A DNA stretch of 60,607 nt, filler included, from Candidatus Aminicenantales bacterium (GTDB lineage: Bacteria > Acidobacteriota > Aminicenantia > Aminicenantales > Saccharicenantaceae), in assembly GCA_049512315.1 (NCBI GenBank). It is 8 parts of 8 records of this genome, joined end to end, with 100 filler letters (N's around TTAATTAATTAA, not from the genome) between each part and the next. Parts side by side here need not be neighbours in the genome. Positions count along the whole stretch, not along the records: positions 36,225 to 44,444 come from JBEKXF010000064.1; positions 44,545 to 50,419 come from JBEKXF010000066.1; positions 50,520 to 56,092 come from JBEKXF010000067.1; 5 more parts are not named here. The stretch is one strand, 5' to 3'. Under the pieces are notes generated by a model. It ran no database searches. It saw only the letters and a program-made list of their open reading frames with translations, and was not told the origin of the DNA. The translations under genes were made by a program, and so were the position numbers. Numbering within the stretch: position 1 is the stretch's first letter; each line of letters begins with the position of its first letter. Shown piece by piece: positions 42,691-52,514 of the stretch.

Positions 42691-44444
42691 ATGACGATGA
42701 CGCCGCCTGCAGCCAAGAAGCCTAAAGGTCTCAGCATCATCGGCCTTTTGCGGCCCCACTGGAAAGCCCTATCACTGGCCTTGCTGGCGGTGGCGGGCGA
42801 AGCCGCAACCGACCTACTCGACCCTTGGCCTCTAAAGATTGTTCTCGATTACCTGCTTCAGTCCAAACATCCGCCCGGCTGGATGGGCGCAATCATCGGC
42901 TGGATCGGGCAGGACAAGCTGGCCGTCCTTAACTTCGCGGTGCTGGCGGTGGCGGTCATCGCCGTCGTCGGCGCACTCAGCTCCTACCTGGAGAAATACC
43001 TCACCACCAGCGTCGGCCAGTGGGTCATGCACGACCTACGGCGCACGCTCTATCACCACATCCACCGCCTGTCGCTGGCCGAGCACGACGAGAAGAGGAC
43101 CGGCGACCTCATCGGCCGGGTGACGAGCGACATTGAAGCGATTCAGGACTTTATCACCACGGCGCTGCTGGGCATTTTAACCAGTGTCCTCACCCTGCTG
43201 GGGATCATCGGGGTCATGTTTTACCTGAACTGGCGTTTCTCGCTCATCTCGCTCTCTGTTGCGCCCGTGCTCTTCCTGGTAGTTTACTTATTCACCCGAC
43301 GCATCAAAAAAGCCTCGCGCGACGTAAGAAAGAAAGAGAGCGAGCTGCTTTCGATTGTCGAAGAAGTTTTCTCCTCGATCCGCGTGGTCAAGGCCTTTGC
43401 CCGCGAGGACTACGAGGAGCGCCGCTTCGAGCGCCAGAGCCTGGAGAATGTCGAGATGACCCTGCTGGCGCGAAGCATCAAGATGAAGCTCGCACCTATC
43501 GTCGATATTATCGTAGCGACCGGGACCTGCTTGGTGCTTGGCTATGGCGCGCGGCTGGTATTGGCGGGCCAACTCACCGCTGGCGCGCTGGTCGTTTTTT
43601 TGCTTTACCTGGGCAAGATGTATAAGCCCATGCGTGACCTTTCCAAAATGACGGACACGATCTCCAAGGCCGCGGTGGGGTTCGAGCGGATCCGGGAAGT
43701 TCTGGAGACCGAGAGCGGGATGCGTGACCTGCCGGGCGCGAGCCGTGCCGGTCGCTTCAAGGGCAAAATCGAATTTGATAAAGTCTCGTTCGGGTACAAC
43801 CCAGACCAATTGATCCTGAAAGATATGAGCTTCGAGATCGAGCCGGGCCAGGTCGCGGCATTCGTCGGCCCGACGGGGGGCGGTAAGACGACCATCATCA
43901 GCCTGGTTGCGCGCTTCTACGATCCCCTCTCCGGGGAAGTCAAAGTCGACGGGACGAACATCCGCAAGTACACGATGAAATCGCTTCGCCAGCAGGTTAG
44001 TTTTGTTTTGCAGGAGACGCTCCTGTTTCACGCACCGATCTGGCAGAACATCGCCTATGGCCGCCCGGAAGCCAACCGCGCGGAGATTATCCGCGCCGCA
44101 AAACTAGCCAACGCCCACGAGTTCATCGACGAGATGCCCGAGGGGTACGACACGATGGTCGGCGAACGCGGCGTGACGCTTTCCGGGGGCCAGCGCCAGC
44201 GCATTGCCATCGCGCGGGCCGTTATCCGCAATACTCCCATTCTCGTTCTGGACGAGCCCACATCAGGACTGGACGCCGCGTCTGAGCAAGCCGTGTTCGA
44301 AGCCCTGGACCGTTTGATGAAAGGCAAAACTTGCATCGTCATCGCGCACCACCTGGGGACGATCCGGCGTGCCAACATCATTTTTGTGGTGAAAGACAAT
44401 ACTCTCGTCGAGCGTGGCACCCACGACGAGCTGCTGGCGGCAGG
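42691..44444 (+). CDS. ABC transporter, fused permease/ATP-binding (MsbA-like), 3' end at contig edge
   Basis: TM domain, GPTGGGKT, LSGGQRQR and LVLDEPT motifs. Confidence 0.93.
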
Positions 44445-44627
44445 NNNNNNNNNNNNNNNNNNNNNNNNNNNNNNNNNNNNNNNNNNNNTTAATTAATTAA
44501 NNNNNNNNNNNNNNNNNNNNNNNNNNNNNNNNNNNNNNNNNNNNGCCGTTCATGATCTGTTTGAGAATTTCGGGCTTCGCTAGAATCATTTTGAACGCTC
44601 TTTTAAGATCATTTCTGTGACTCCCGG

Positions 44628-44728
44628 TGTTCGTCGTCAGGCGGTTTCGGACTCGCGTGCTGATTTCTTAAACTACGGGTTCCGTTTCTCATGATAATTT
44701 TACTGAGGCCGTTTGGCAAGGCTTCAAG
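44628..44728 (-). repeat. Solo right end of type-B IS3-family element
   Basis: TGTTCGTCGTCAGGCGGTTTCGG… matches 60303-60404 and, inverted, 56609-56716. Confidence 0.85.
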
Positions 44729-44739
44729 CCTTGATTGCA

Positions 44740-44830
44740 TGGTCCGGGGTGAACCGTAGCCTGCCCATCGAGACTCCTTTCCCCTATGTTTTCCCCTTAT
44801 ATCTGGACCGATTTAAGAGGGGGCAGGTCA
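44740..44830 (-). repeat. Solo left end of an IS407-type element with first codons of orfA
   Basis: Reverse complement TGACCTGCCCCCTCTTAAATCGGTCCAG…AAGGAG…ATG encodes MGRLRFTPD. Confidence 0.7.
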
Positions 44831-44980
44831 CAGGCTCATTTCTGCTTTTAAGAATACGCGTATACCTTTGCCAATAAAATCGACGGGCTTCAGTGTTTGT
44901 TGGGATGGCTGAGAAAGAACACTGAAGTTTAAGCAAAAGAATGCCGCTAGCACGGTCACTAGAGCAAAGCCCTTTTTCAT
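44828..44980 (-). pseudogene. N-terminal fragment of a secreted protein truncated by an IS end
   Basis: MKKGFALVTVLAAFFC signal peptide with AAGGAGG RBS; the stop is the TGA of TGACCTGCCC. Confidence 0.65.
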
Positions 44981-44999
44981 GCCAAGCCTCCTTGCGAGG

Positions 45000-46370
45000 T
45001 TATTTCGGTATGAAGTCCTTATACCGATAGCCCTCCGGCGAGGACTCCTCTTTCGACGCCTGACCTGCCAGCCGGGATAATTCAAAAGCAACTCTGGGGA
45101 AAGCTCTTATCTGGCCCTTGCAGCTGCGTCTGGAAGCCATATTGCTAGCCACGTGCAATAAGGGATGCGCCCAATGAAATGGGAGTCTTTTGACCACCGC
45201 TGAAATCTTCGTAAACTCGCTTCTGGCCCAGATCCGTCCCGCGAGAAGTTCCAGCGGCGTGACATTTCTCGGCCTGAAAACGACGCTATTATGATTGTAA
45301 TATTTCCAGTCCTCTGTAAATATTCTACCCTCTTCCTTGAATTGCCGGTAGATCTGGGTGCCCGGATAAGGGGTCAGGATATTGACGCTCGCCGAGCCGA
45401 CGTGATTCTTATGCAAGAATTCAAGAGTTTCCGGGAATGTTTGCTGCGTGTCCTCGTCAAAGCCGAATACCACAGAGGCATAAGGGTAAATCCCCGTCTT
45501 CCTCAGTTTTCGAATCGCCGCTTTGACCTCTTCGATCTTGTGAATGGACTTCCGCATTTTTCCCAATCGATATTCCGAGACGCTTTCCAGCCCGAAGAAC
45601 AGGGCTCCGCAGCCGCTTTCCCGAGCCAGCCTCAACAATTCCGTATCATGGACAAAAGATAAGGAGGCCTGTCCCCCCCACTTGATTTTGAGCGGCTTTA
45701 TGGCCTCAAGCAACTCTTTGGCGTACCGGCGATCCCCCATGATATTGTCATCGAGGAACATGAAAATTCTCCCGCCTGATTCGACCATGTAGCGGACGAT
45801 GTTTTCAACCGGGACGTGGCGCACCGTCGCGCCATAGATATCGTGCACACAGCAAAAATCGCAGTTGTAGGGACACCCGCGCGTGGCCATCACGGGGACG
45901 ACGCGAAAAACTCCCTTTCTCAGTCCTTTTCTAGGCCTCACAGGAATGTACTTTTCCAAAGGAGGGCACGGGTCATGATATTTTTTTTGCAGCCTGCCGT
46001 TTTGAAGATCGTCCAGCAGCAGCGGCCAGGCACCTTCCGCCTCCCCGATGACGACGGAATCGGCATAGCCAAGGGCTTCGTCCGGCAATATCGTGGGATG
46101 GACGCCTCCCATGACCACAGTTTTCCCTCTTTTTTTGAATTCCTGGGACAGCCAATAAGCTCGGGGAGCATTTGAGGTCATACAACTTAAGCCTACGAGA
46201 TCACAATCTGTATCCAGATCAATATCGTCGTATTCTTCCTCGATAATGATGACTTCATGTTCAGGCGGGGTAAGGCCGGCGATTAAGTCGAGGGCCAATT
46301 GGGGAAACATGACGCTTTTCTTTTGCTTGATGTTTGGGCCTCTGCATGGCGAAATCAACAGGATTTTCAT
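45000..46370 (-). CDS. B12-binding domain radical SAM protein
   Basis: GGVHPT cobalamin-domain motif; RGCPYNCDFC CxxxCxxC. Confidence 0.93.
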   Translation of the reverse strand: MKILLISPCRGPNIKQKKSVMFPQLALDLIAGLTPPEHEVIIIEEEYDDIDLDTDCDLVGLSCMTSNAPRAYWLSQEFKKRGKTVVMGGVHPTILPDEALGYADSVVIGEAEGAWPLLLDDLQNGRLQKKYHDPCPPLEKYIPVRPRKGLRKGVFRVVPVMATRGCPYNCDFCCVHDIYGATVRHVPVENIVRYMVESGGRIFMFLDDNIMGDRRYAKELLEAIKPLKIKWGGQASLSFVHDTELLRLARESGCGALFFGLESVSEYRLGKMRKSIHKIEEVKAAIRKLRKTGIYPYASVVFGFDEDTQQTFPETLEFLHKNHVGSASVNILTPYPGTQIYRQFKEEGRIFTEDWKYYNHNSVVFRPRNVTPLELLAGRIWARSEFTKISAVVKRLPFHWAHPLLHVASNMASRRSCKGQIRAFPRVAFELSRLAGQASKEESSPEGYRYKDFIPK

Positions 46371-46542
46371 GGCTTTTCTTTTTCCGCGGCGCGGGGAATG
46401 GCCGCTTCGTGCAATGAACCGTTCCTCCTGATTATTATGGAATACTAAGACCGCCAGGGCGGTGACCTGCCCTCCGTCAATGTAACACCTCTAAAGTGAG
46501 ATTTTCAAGCATTTGGACTTGCCCCCTGATCAGGTCCATGAA

Positions 46543-46681
46543 GCCCGGAGGGATTTGAACCCCCGGACCTAATCCCTGAAAAATGGCCCAGACATAATGT
46601 GAGCTTTCTGGAGGTCTGACGCCAAGATTGTCCGCGCACTGGATCCACAGTCCGATACTCTAACCGTTAAGTTACGGGCGC
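46543..46681 (-). pseudogene. Split tRNA-like pseudogene (anticodon GTG) interrupted by an IS-end-like repeat
   Basis: 5' half GCGCCCG-TA-ACTT-AACGGTTA-GAGT-A-TCGGA-CT-GTG-GA-TCCAG (46681-46639); T-arm GGGGG-TTCAAAT-CCCTC-CGGGC (46564-46543). Confidence 0.55.
46565..46611 (+). repeat. Family C repeat (IS3-like terminal inverted repeat)
   Basis: GGACCT(C/A)ATCCCTGAAAAATGG…CATAATGTGAG…TTCTGG; copies at 48236-48256, 52183-52240 and inverted at 57487-57536. Confidence 0.75.
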
Positions 46682-47114
46682 ACCAAATCAAGGGGGGATA
46701 TCCACATAAGCGGCGGCTTGGTAGAAGGTAGACGAATCCCCGTGTCCCGCCGGCGTCACAGAGAGTGCTTAAGACCCGCTAAAATGGACTAGGGGTGCCT
46801 AATCGAAAGACGATTAAAAAATGCCTATTTCCAGGGGAAACGCCAACCAACGGGGGACGCCTGACCAAGTGGGCGAAAACGCGAAATAGGATTTTGAGTC
46901 CCGTGCGTATGTTCACACCTGCACGAACCCCCCCTCCCTGTCGGAAGTGAGAAATTCGCCCGCATGTTTACGTTTATCCTATCGAGGTCACTTTCCGTCT
47001 GAAATAATGACTGTCAAGATTTGTGACGTGTTGGGGGCTAAAAAGAGCTTAAAACGACTAACTCGGGCTTAATCCGTTTCCCCTGATTTCCCCTGTTTCT
47101 CGGGGAGTTGTCGT

Positions 47115-47161
47115 CCGATTCGTAATCAGTAGGTCGGAGGCTCAATTCCTCTCGCTGGCTC
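47115..47161 (+). pseudogene. 3' half of tRNA-Thr(CGT), att-site-like remnant
   Basis: GATT-CGT-AATC anticodon arm, AGGTC, GGAGG-CTCAATT-CCTCT T-arm; no 5' half. Confidence 0.65.
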
Positions 47162-47300
47162 TCCCATATTCCCAGAGAAATCAACCATTTAGTCATCATC
47201 CCCAGCGCTCTAAAATTGTCGCAATTTTGTACAACTTTACACCGTTTTAGGCCTCTGCTGAGCACAATTTCAGCACAGCAAGAGCCCCCTCTGCATCCCA

Positions 47301-47373
47301 GACCCATCATCCCCCAATCGAGGCCAAGGCGGAAATAGCCTGCTCTGAAATTCGCGATACTCGGCAGGCATAT
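47301..47373 (-). repeat. Family D repeat (about 75 bp; probable right end of another IS3-family element)
   Basis: Copies at 49654-49726 and 56510-56581; the minus strand encodes MPAEYREFQSRLFP, reminiscent of OrfB C-terminal PAEY motifs. Confidence 0.7.
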
Positions 47374-47577
47374 CGCCTTGCCGGGGGTTCGAACCTTGAA
47401 AATTTCAGTTCACAGCTGGTACATTGAGCGGGGGGCCTCCGTTTTTAAGTGACGCTCCATACCACAATCGGGTTATGATAGGGTCGGCATCGCTACCGCC
47501 TGCGATTTGAGCAGTGGCTCATATCATGTGATATAATGAGCAGGATTTTAAGGCACTGAACCGGGAGACTTTTCACC

Positions 47578-48198
47578 GTGAAGAAATGGGCCGTTTATTT
47601 CTTTTGCCTTCTCACTTTCGCCTGCGGTGCCGCAGCTACCTATTTTGTCATGGTCTATCTGCAGGCCGGCAATCATGGTCAGGCATATTTATCAAAGAGT
47701 TTTTCGTCTAAGGGAGCGGAGGCGCCGGTTTATGGCGAAGGTGCCCTCGCACAAAAGGATTTAATCCCTTTTCCGAAGATCAACAATCTCAATTTTAGGG
47801 CAAAATTTTTCGAGCCTGCGGGGGCTGCCGAAAACTCGTTGTCGCTCAGCTATATCGCGGAAATATCCGTAGAGAAACTGGATAAGAAAGACCTCCCTGA
47901 GAAGTTCTTCAAGATGTTCGAAGAAGCGAGTACCAAATGGATGTATGTCCCGCCTGACGACGTCTTGTATGAGATATCCTTCAAAGTTGCATTATTGGAC
48001 AAGGACGGCTTTCAGATTTTCAGCACCGATTCGCCGACGGAAACTATCCGCTCCGGAGAGCTCAACCATGTCCAAAATATCGTGACTGACAAGATTCCTT
48101 GGGATATCGCTAAAAGGACGAGGGCCATCAAACCTGGCGTTGTGCTGAAGAGATGCGTCAGGCCTCTCTATCGCGAGAAAAGCCCCATCACTGGCTGA
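47578..48198 (+). CDS. Hypothetical membrane-anchored/secreted protein
   Basis: N-terminal hydrophobic helix; LLDKDGF motif; TGATATAAT extended -10 upstream. Confidence 0.7.
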   Translation: MKKWAVYFFCLLTFACGAAATYFVMVYLQAGNHGQAYLSKSFSSKGAEAPVYGEGALAQKDLIPFPKINNLNFRAKFFEPAGAAENSLSLSYIAEISVEKLDKKDLPEKFFKMFEEASTKWMYVPPDDVLYEISFKVALLDKDGFQIFSTDSPTETIRSGELNHVQNIVTDKIPWDIAKRTRAIKPGVVLKRCVRPLYREKSPITG

Positions 48199-48345
48199 AA
48201 TCGCCCGCTGGGATTGGTATCGTGCCTGAATCGAAGGACTTCATCCCTGAAAAATGAACCTGATCAGGGGGAAGTCCAGACGCTTGAAAATCTCACTTCT
48301 GGGGTGGGACATTGAGCGGGGGCAGGTCACCTGAACGTGCGCAGC

Positions 48346-48374
48346 TTGACTTACGATTCCCAGTATCATATAAA
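48346..48374 (+). promoter_or_regulatory. Sigma-70-type promoter
   Basis: TTGACT-17nt-TATAAA upstream of the OmpA-family gene. Confidence 0.6.
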
Positions 48375-48399
48375 GGTTGGCGAAAAGGAGGGTGTTAGC

Positions 48400-49494
48400 A
48401 TGAGAATGCCCCGAGCCTGCTTTAGATTGGTATTGCTGCTGGCCGCGATCGCCGCTCTGACTGCCGCGGCCACATCAGCGCTTCAGGTGGCCTCGACTCC
48501 GCCTCAGGCATCCGCGCAGCCCGACCTCACCGCGGTGAAGGCTGATTTCGTTCCCGGCGATAAGATCATTTTTTACGACGACTTCAGCGATATGGTCGGC
48601 GATGAGCCTCCGCCCCACTGGAAGGTCCGCGGCGGGGCGGTGGAGCTGAGGGTCGGATCCGGGGTCCGCCAGCTCACGGTCATGAGTGAGAACCCCAGAC
48701 TGACCCCGATGCTCAAGGGGCTTCCCAAGAATTTCACCCTCGAGACCGAATTGAAATTCGACGACCCCGTCGATGTGCGCTCCATCTGGTATCTCTACGA
48801 CCAGACCTGGGACGGGCCCACCGGACCCGACGCGGCGCTGCGCGTATTTTTGCAATCCCAGACGGGGGCCCTCTCCGTTCAGGTCAGGCACAGCGGAAAG
48901 GATGGGGTCGAGGACCTTGCCAACACCTCGGTCCAAGTGGACTTCAGCCAGCCGGTGAAGGAAGCCGTCTGGGTGCAAAACGGGCGGCTGCGGGTCTATA
49001 TCAACGGGGAACGGGCCGTCGACGTGAACCAGGTCGAGCTCCCCCCGCTGACGGGCGCGGAACTGGGGCCGGAATACGGAGAGGGCAAGCTCGGCTATCG
49101 CATGGTGCGCTTCGCCGAATCGACGCCGGATTTCAGCCAGGTGATCTCGTCGTCGGGCCGCTATGTCACCCACGGCATTCAGTTCGACACGGACAGCGAT
49201 CGGCTGAAACCCGAATCGGCACCGATCATCAAGTCCGTCGCGCGGGGTCTGGAGACGAATCCCAACCTCAAGCTCCAGATCGAAGGGCACACCGACTCGA
49301 CAGGGAACGCGGACCACAACCTCGACCTTTCGAAGCGCCGCGCGGAGGCCGTGAAGGCCGTGCTGGTGTCGCAATTCAAAGTGGACGCCGCCCGGCTGAC
49401 GACCGTCGGCCTTGGTGCCACGAAGCCGATCGATTCGAACGACACGCCGCAGGGTCGTGCTCAAAACCGACGCGTGGAGTTCGTGAGGCAGTAG
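48400..49494 (+). CDS. OmpA-family peptidoglycan-binding protein
   Basis: Signal peptide, DFVPGDKIIFYDDF, IEGHTD…LSKRRA…NRRVEF. Confidence 0.9.
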   Translation: MRMPRACFRLVLLLAAIAALTAAATSALQVASTPPQASAQPDLTAVKADFVPGDKIIFYDDFSDMVGDEPPPHWKVRGGAVELRVGSGVRQLTVMSENPRLTPMLKGLPKNFTLETELKFDDPVDVRSIWYLYDQTWDGPTGPDAALRVFLQSQTGALSVQVRHSGKDGVEDLANTSVQVDFSQPVKEAVWVQNGRLRVYINGERAVDVNQVELPPLTGAELGPEYGEGKLGYRMVRFAESTPDFSQVISSSGRYVTHGIQFDTDSDRLKPESAPIIKSVARGLETNPNLKLQIEGHTDSTGNADHNLDLSKRRAEAVKAVLVSQFKVDAARLTTVGLGATKPIDSNDTPQGRAQNRRVEFVRQ

Positions 49495-49855
49495 GCGGGC
49501 AGCAAGGCTGCTAGAATATTCTCAGTAGACTTTTGACCTGCCTCCCGCGCTAATTAGTATTTAATACTTTAGTATTTAATACTTCTTTAATACTAATTTA
49601 TAAGCTTCTTCACCTATCCTCTCGCCTCGACATTCTTTCGGAAAGCATACCAGAACCCGTCATCCCCCATCCGAGATCAAGACGGAAATAGCCTACTCTG
49701 AAATTCGCAATACTCGGAAAGGATATGGCCTTATCGGGCGGGAGTTCGGAGTGACCTGCCTCCCCCTTGATCACCATTGTAATCAACGATAGATGGGAAA
49801 GGAGTGTGCCCGGCAGGGGAGCATACTGACCAGCATGTGACTAATCAGGGTCTTG

Positions 49856-49918
49856 GTTAGATAGAGCGTTGGACTCCGGATCCAAAGGTCGGAGGTTCGA
49901 ATCCTCTCAGGCACGCCA
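49856..49918 (+). pseudogene. tRNA-Arg(CCG) lacking its 5' acceptor/D strand (att-site-like)
   Basis: GATAGAGC-G-TTGGA-CT-CCG-GA-TCCAA-AGGTC-GGAGG-TTCGAAT-CCTCT-CAGGCAC-GCCA; no complementary GTGCCTG at the expected position. Confidence 0.75.
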
Positions 49919-49921
49919 TTT

Positions 49922-50300
49922 CTAATTCGTTGAAATTCCTGAAGTTACAGGATTTTTCGGCTTCCCCGTCAGGCTCGATTTTCTCGCCGTGTCACAACCG
50001 TGTAACAGATTTGCCCTATTTGGGGCCCCAATGGGTGTTTTTTCAGCCAGCCTGTCTACGGCAGTCCGGCGTCTTTCGTCGGTCGAATGGACGTACCGCT
50101 GGGTCACCGCAATACTCGCATGGCCAAGGAGGGAGCGGACGGTTTCGATGTCAACCCCCCTCTCAACGAGCCTCGATCCGAACGTATGCCTTAAGTCATG
50201 GAAGCGTAGTCCCGCTATCCCGACTCGCCGGCAGGTAGCCACGAAGGCAGTCTTCACCGTCGTGAGTGGCTTCCCGGTCTTGGGGTTGGGGAACACATAG
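49922..50300 (-). pseudogene. Tyrosine recombinase/integrase C-terminal part, interrupted by IS
   Basis: FHDLRHTF…LLGHASIAVTQRY catalytic motifs; the stop lies 3 bp from the tRNA CCA; IS end at 50301. Confidence 0.9.
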
Positions 50301-50419
50301 TGACCTGCCCCCCTCAAAGGGATCCAGCCCGTGTGCTAAGATTCTGCTGGATCGAGGGAGGTGGACATGGCCAGGAAACGGTTTAATCCGGAGCAGATCA
50401 TCACCCTGCTCCGGGAGGC
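50301..50419 (+). mobile_element. IS3-family (IS407 group) left end with orfA start
   Basis: Identical to the reverse complement of 27296-27414; ATG at 50367. Confidence 0.9.
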
Positions 50420-50519
50420 NNNNNNNNNNNNNNNNNNNNNNNNNNNNNNNNNNNNNNNNNNNNTTAATTAATTAANNNNNNNNNNNNNNNNNNNNNNNNN
50501 NNNNNNNNNNNNNNNNNNN

Positions 50520-50935
50520 GCCATCTCCTCGGTCGCTCCCAAAGTGTAGATGAAGCCGGTCGAGATCTTTCTCGGAAAAAGCGTCGCTGGCGGGTCGACA
50601 TACGGGGAGAAGGGGAAAAGCAGGCGTTCCATGAATGATTTCATTTGTCCTGTAACCGTTCCAAAATAGACCGGTGACCCGAAGATGAGGGACTGAGCAT
50701 CCAGGACCCTCTTCAGGATAGGTGTCAGGTCATCCTTGACGGCGCACCTGCCGTAGCTTTTCCCGTTTTTCGTCTTGCAGGCAAAACAGCTGACGCACCC
50801 CTTGTAGTCCAGGTCATACAGATGGATGAGATCGGTTTCAGCCCCCTGCGACGAGGCTCCTTCCAAGACTTTTTCAAGAAGTGTCGCCGTGTTCCAATTC
50901 TTTCTTGGGCTTCCGTTGAATGCATTGACTTTCAT
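50520..50935 (-). CDS. Flavodoxin-family / iron-sulfur flavoprotein, partial
   Basis: NGSPRKNWNT, CVSCFAC and GSPVYFG motifs. Confidence 0.88.
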
Positions 50936-51071
50936 CTTCGATCCCTCCCATGAACCTGATAAATAGCTCTTTCCATTGCCAGAGTCATCATCACCGAATC
51001 TGCTATCAGCGATAACAATCTATCAATTGAATGATCATCACTTGCCGAGATCCAAGGCGTGCCGCCATTCC

Positions 51072-52109
51072 CTAATGTGACTTGTTTGAGTTTTCCGCCT
51101 TGTGCTGTTCGTAGAGGTCGTAATGGACTTTGAGGATATCCGGAATGGGCAGCTCATAGGGGCAGCGGGCGACACATTCCCTGCATTCCGTGCACAATGA
51201 AACGCTCTCCATGGGGATCTTAGAAAATTCGACCGAGACCTTGGGCGACATCCTGGCTGCCAGCACCTTGTAGCCCATGGCCGCGGTGATCATGACTCCT
51301 TGAGGACACGGCTGGCAGTACTCACACCTCCGGCAGAACTGCTTGCCCAGCTCCAGGCGATATTTTTCCATCAGTTTGAGATCTTCTTCTGTGACCTTGT
51401 TCGGCCGCTGATATAATGATACAACTTCATCCACCCGTTCCGGGGAATCAAAACCCGGAATGGCGATCACATCGGGGTGCTCCCGCAGGAACTTGAAAGC
51501 GACCCGGGCATTGTCGATCATGCCCCCGGCAAATGGCTTCATGGCAAGGATCCCCATGCCGTGTTCGCGGGCTGTAATGTGGAGTTCGTCTTTTGCCGCA
51601 TCCTCGATGAAATTGAAGGGAAACTGCACCGTGCTGAACAAGCCGGTCTTAACCAGCTTGATCGCCATGGCAAGGTTGTGGGAAGTGACCCCGATATATC
51701 CGATCTTGCCCTGTTCCTTTGCCTTGACGACGGCCTCCATCACACCTCCCGGCCCGGTCACGATATCCATGTCTTTTTCCTGGGCGATCTGATGCAGCTG
51801 GTAGATATCTATATGATCCGTCTTCATCATGCGGAGAGAGTTCTCCAGTTGTTCGACAGCACCCGGGGCGTCTCTGCGAGTCGTCTTGGTGGCAAGGATG
51901 ACCTTGTTCCGCACGTCCCCCAAGGCACGCCCGATCTTCTTTTCACTGTCACGGTAGGCATTGGCCGTGTCGTAGAGGGTTATCCCCGACTCATACGCCC
52001 TGCGCAGGACATCCACAGCTGCGTCTTCGTCAAGGCGGATGATTGGAATGGCCCCAAAGCCCACCTCGGAAACGGTCAACCCTGTCTTTCCTAAGGGGAT
52101 GTAACGCAA
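51072..52109 (-). CDS. Aldo/keto reductase with C-terminal 4Fe-4S dicluster
   Basis: LGKTGLTVSEVGFG, YDTANAY, CRRCEYCQPCP, CTECRECVARCP. Confidence 0.93.
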   Translation of the reverse strand: MRYIPLGKTGLTVSEVGFGAIPIIRLDEDAAVDVLRRAYESGITLYDTANAYRDSEKKIGRALGDVRNKVILATKTTRRDAPGAVEQLENSLRMMKTDHIDIYQLHQIAQEKDMDIVTGPGGVMEAVVKAKEQGKIGYIGVTSHNLAMAIKLVKTGLFSTVQFPFNFIEDAAKDELHITAREHGMGILAMKPFAGGMIDNARVAFKFLREHPDVIAIPGFDSPERVDEVVSLYQRPNKVTEEDLKLMEKYRLELGKQFCRRCEYCQPCPQGVMITAAMGYKVLAARMSPKVSVEFSKIPMESVSLCTECRECVARCPYELPIPDILKVHYDLYEQHKAENSNKSH

Positions 52110-52263
52110 TGTTCAACCTCTTATGATCATGTCGGATTCTTAATGTTAAGCATTCCCATGATCATTTGCAAGGCTTCGGGACGGGCCTCATTCCTGAAAA
52201 ATGGTCCACCCATAATGTGAGTTTTCTGGCAAAATCTCAAAGAGGACGTTAGAAATAACCGGC

Positions 52264-52399
52264 CTAGTCCTCCTTCCGCTCCGGCCTTGGGCGGACGAAG
52301 CGGCGGTCGAGGGCCGCGGGGCGCTTGGCGGCGACGCGCCCGGCGTACTTGCTTGAAAATCTCAATTCAGGGGTAGTACATTGAGCGGGGGGTAGATCA
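52264..52399 (-). repeat. Chimeric repeat: 3' fragment of the small HTH-like gene fused to a family A IS end
   Basis: Minus strand SKYAGRVAAKRPAALDRRFVRPRPERKED*; junction GCGTACTTG-CTTGAAAATCTC recurs at 54770-54839. Confidence 0.8.
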
Positions 52400-52514
52400 G
52401 TGTGAATGTCCCGAAATAGGAGGAGCAGGCCAGCGCAGCATGAAAGCCGCCGTCTATAGTCTTCAAGCTGACCTGTAAGTTGTCAAGCAAAAACAGGCAC
52501 AAAAGGATATCAAT

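Noticed and set aside
44729..44750. Short similarity to tRNA-Gln (CCTTGATTGCATG)
   Set aside because: Overlaps the degenerate orfA start of an IS end and is too short to distinguish from chance.
49806..49855. GTGCCCG as displaced 5' strand of tRNA-Arg with a D-arm insertion or intron
   Set aside because: One mismatch in the acceptor stem, no TA-GCTC D-stem strand and no splice structure; probably coincidental.
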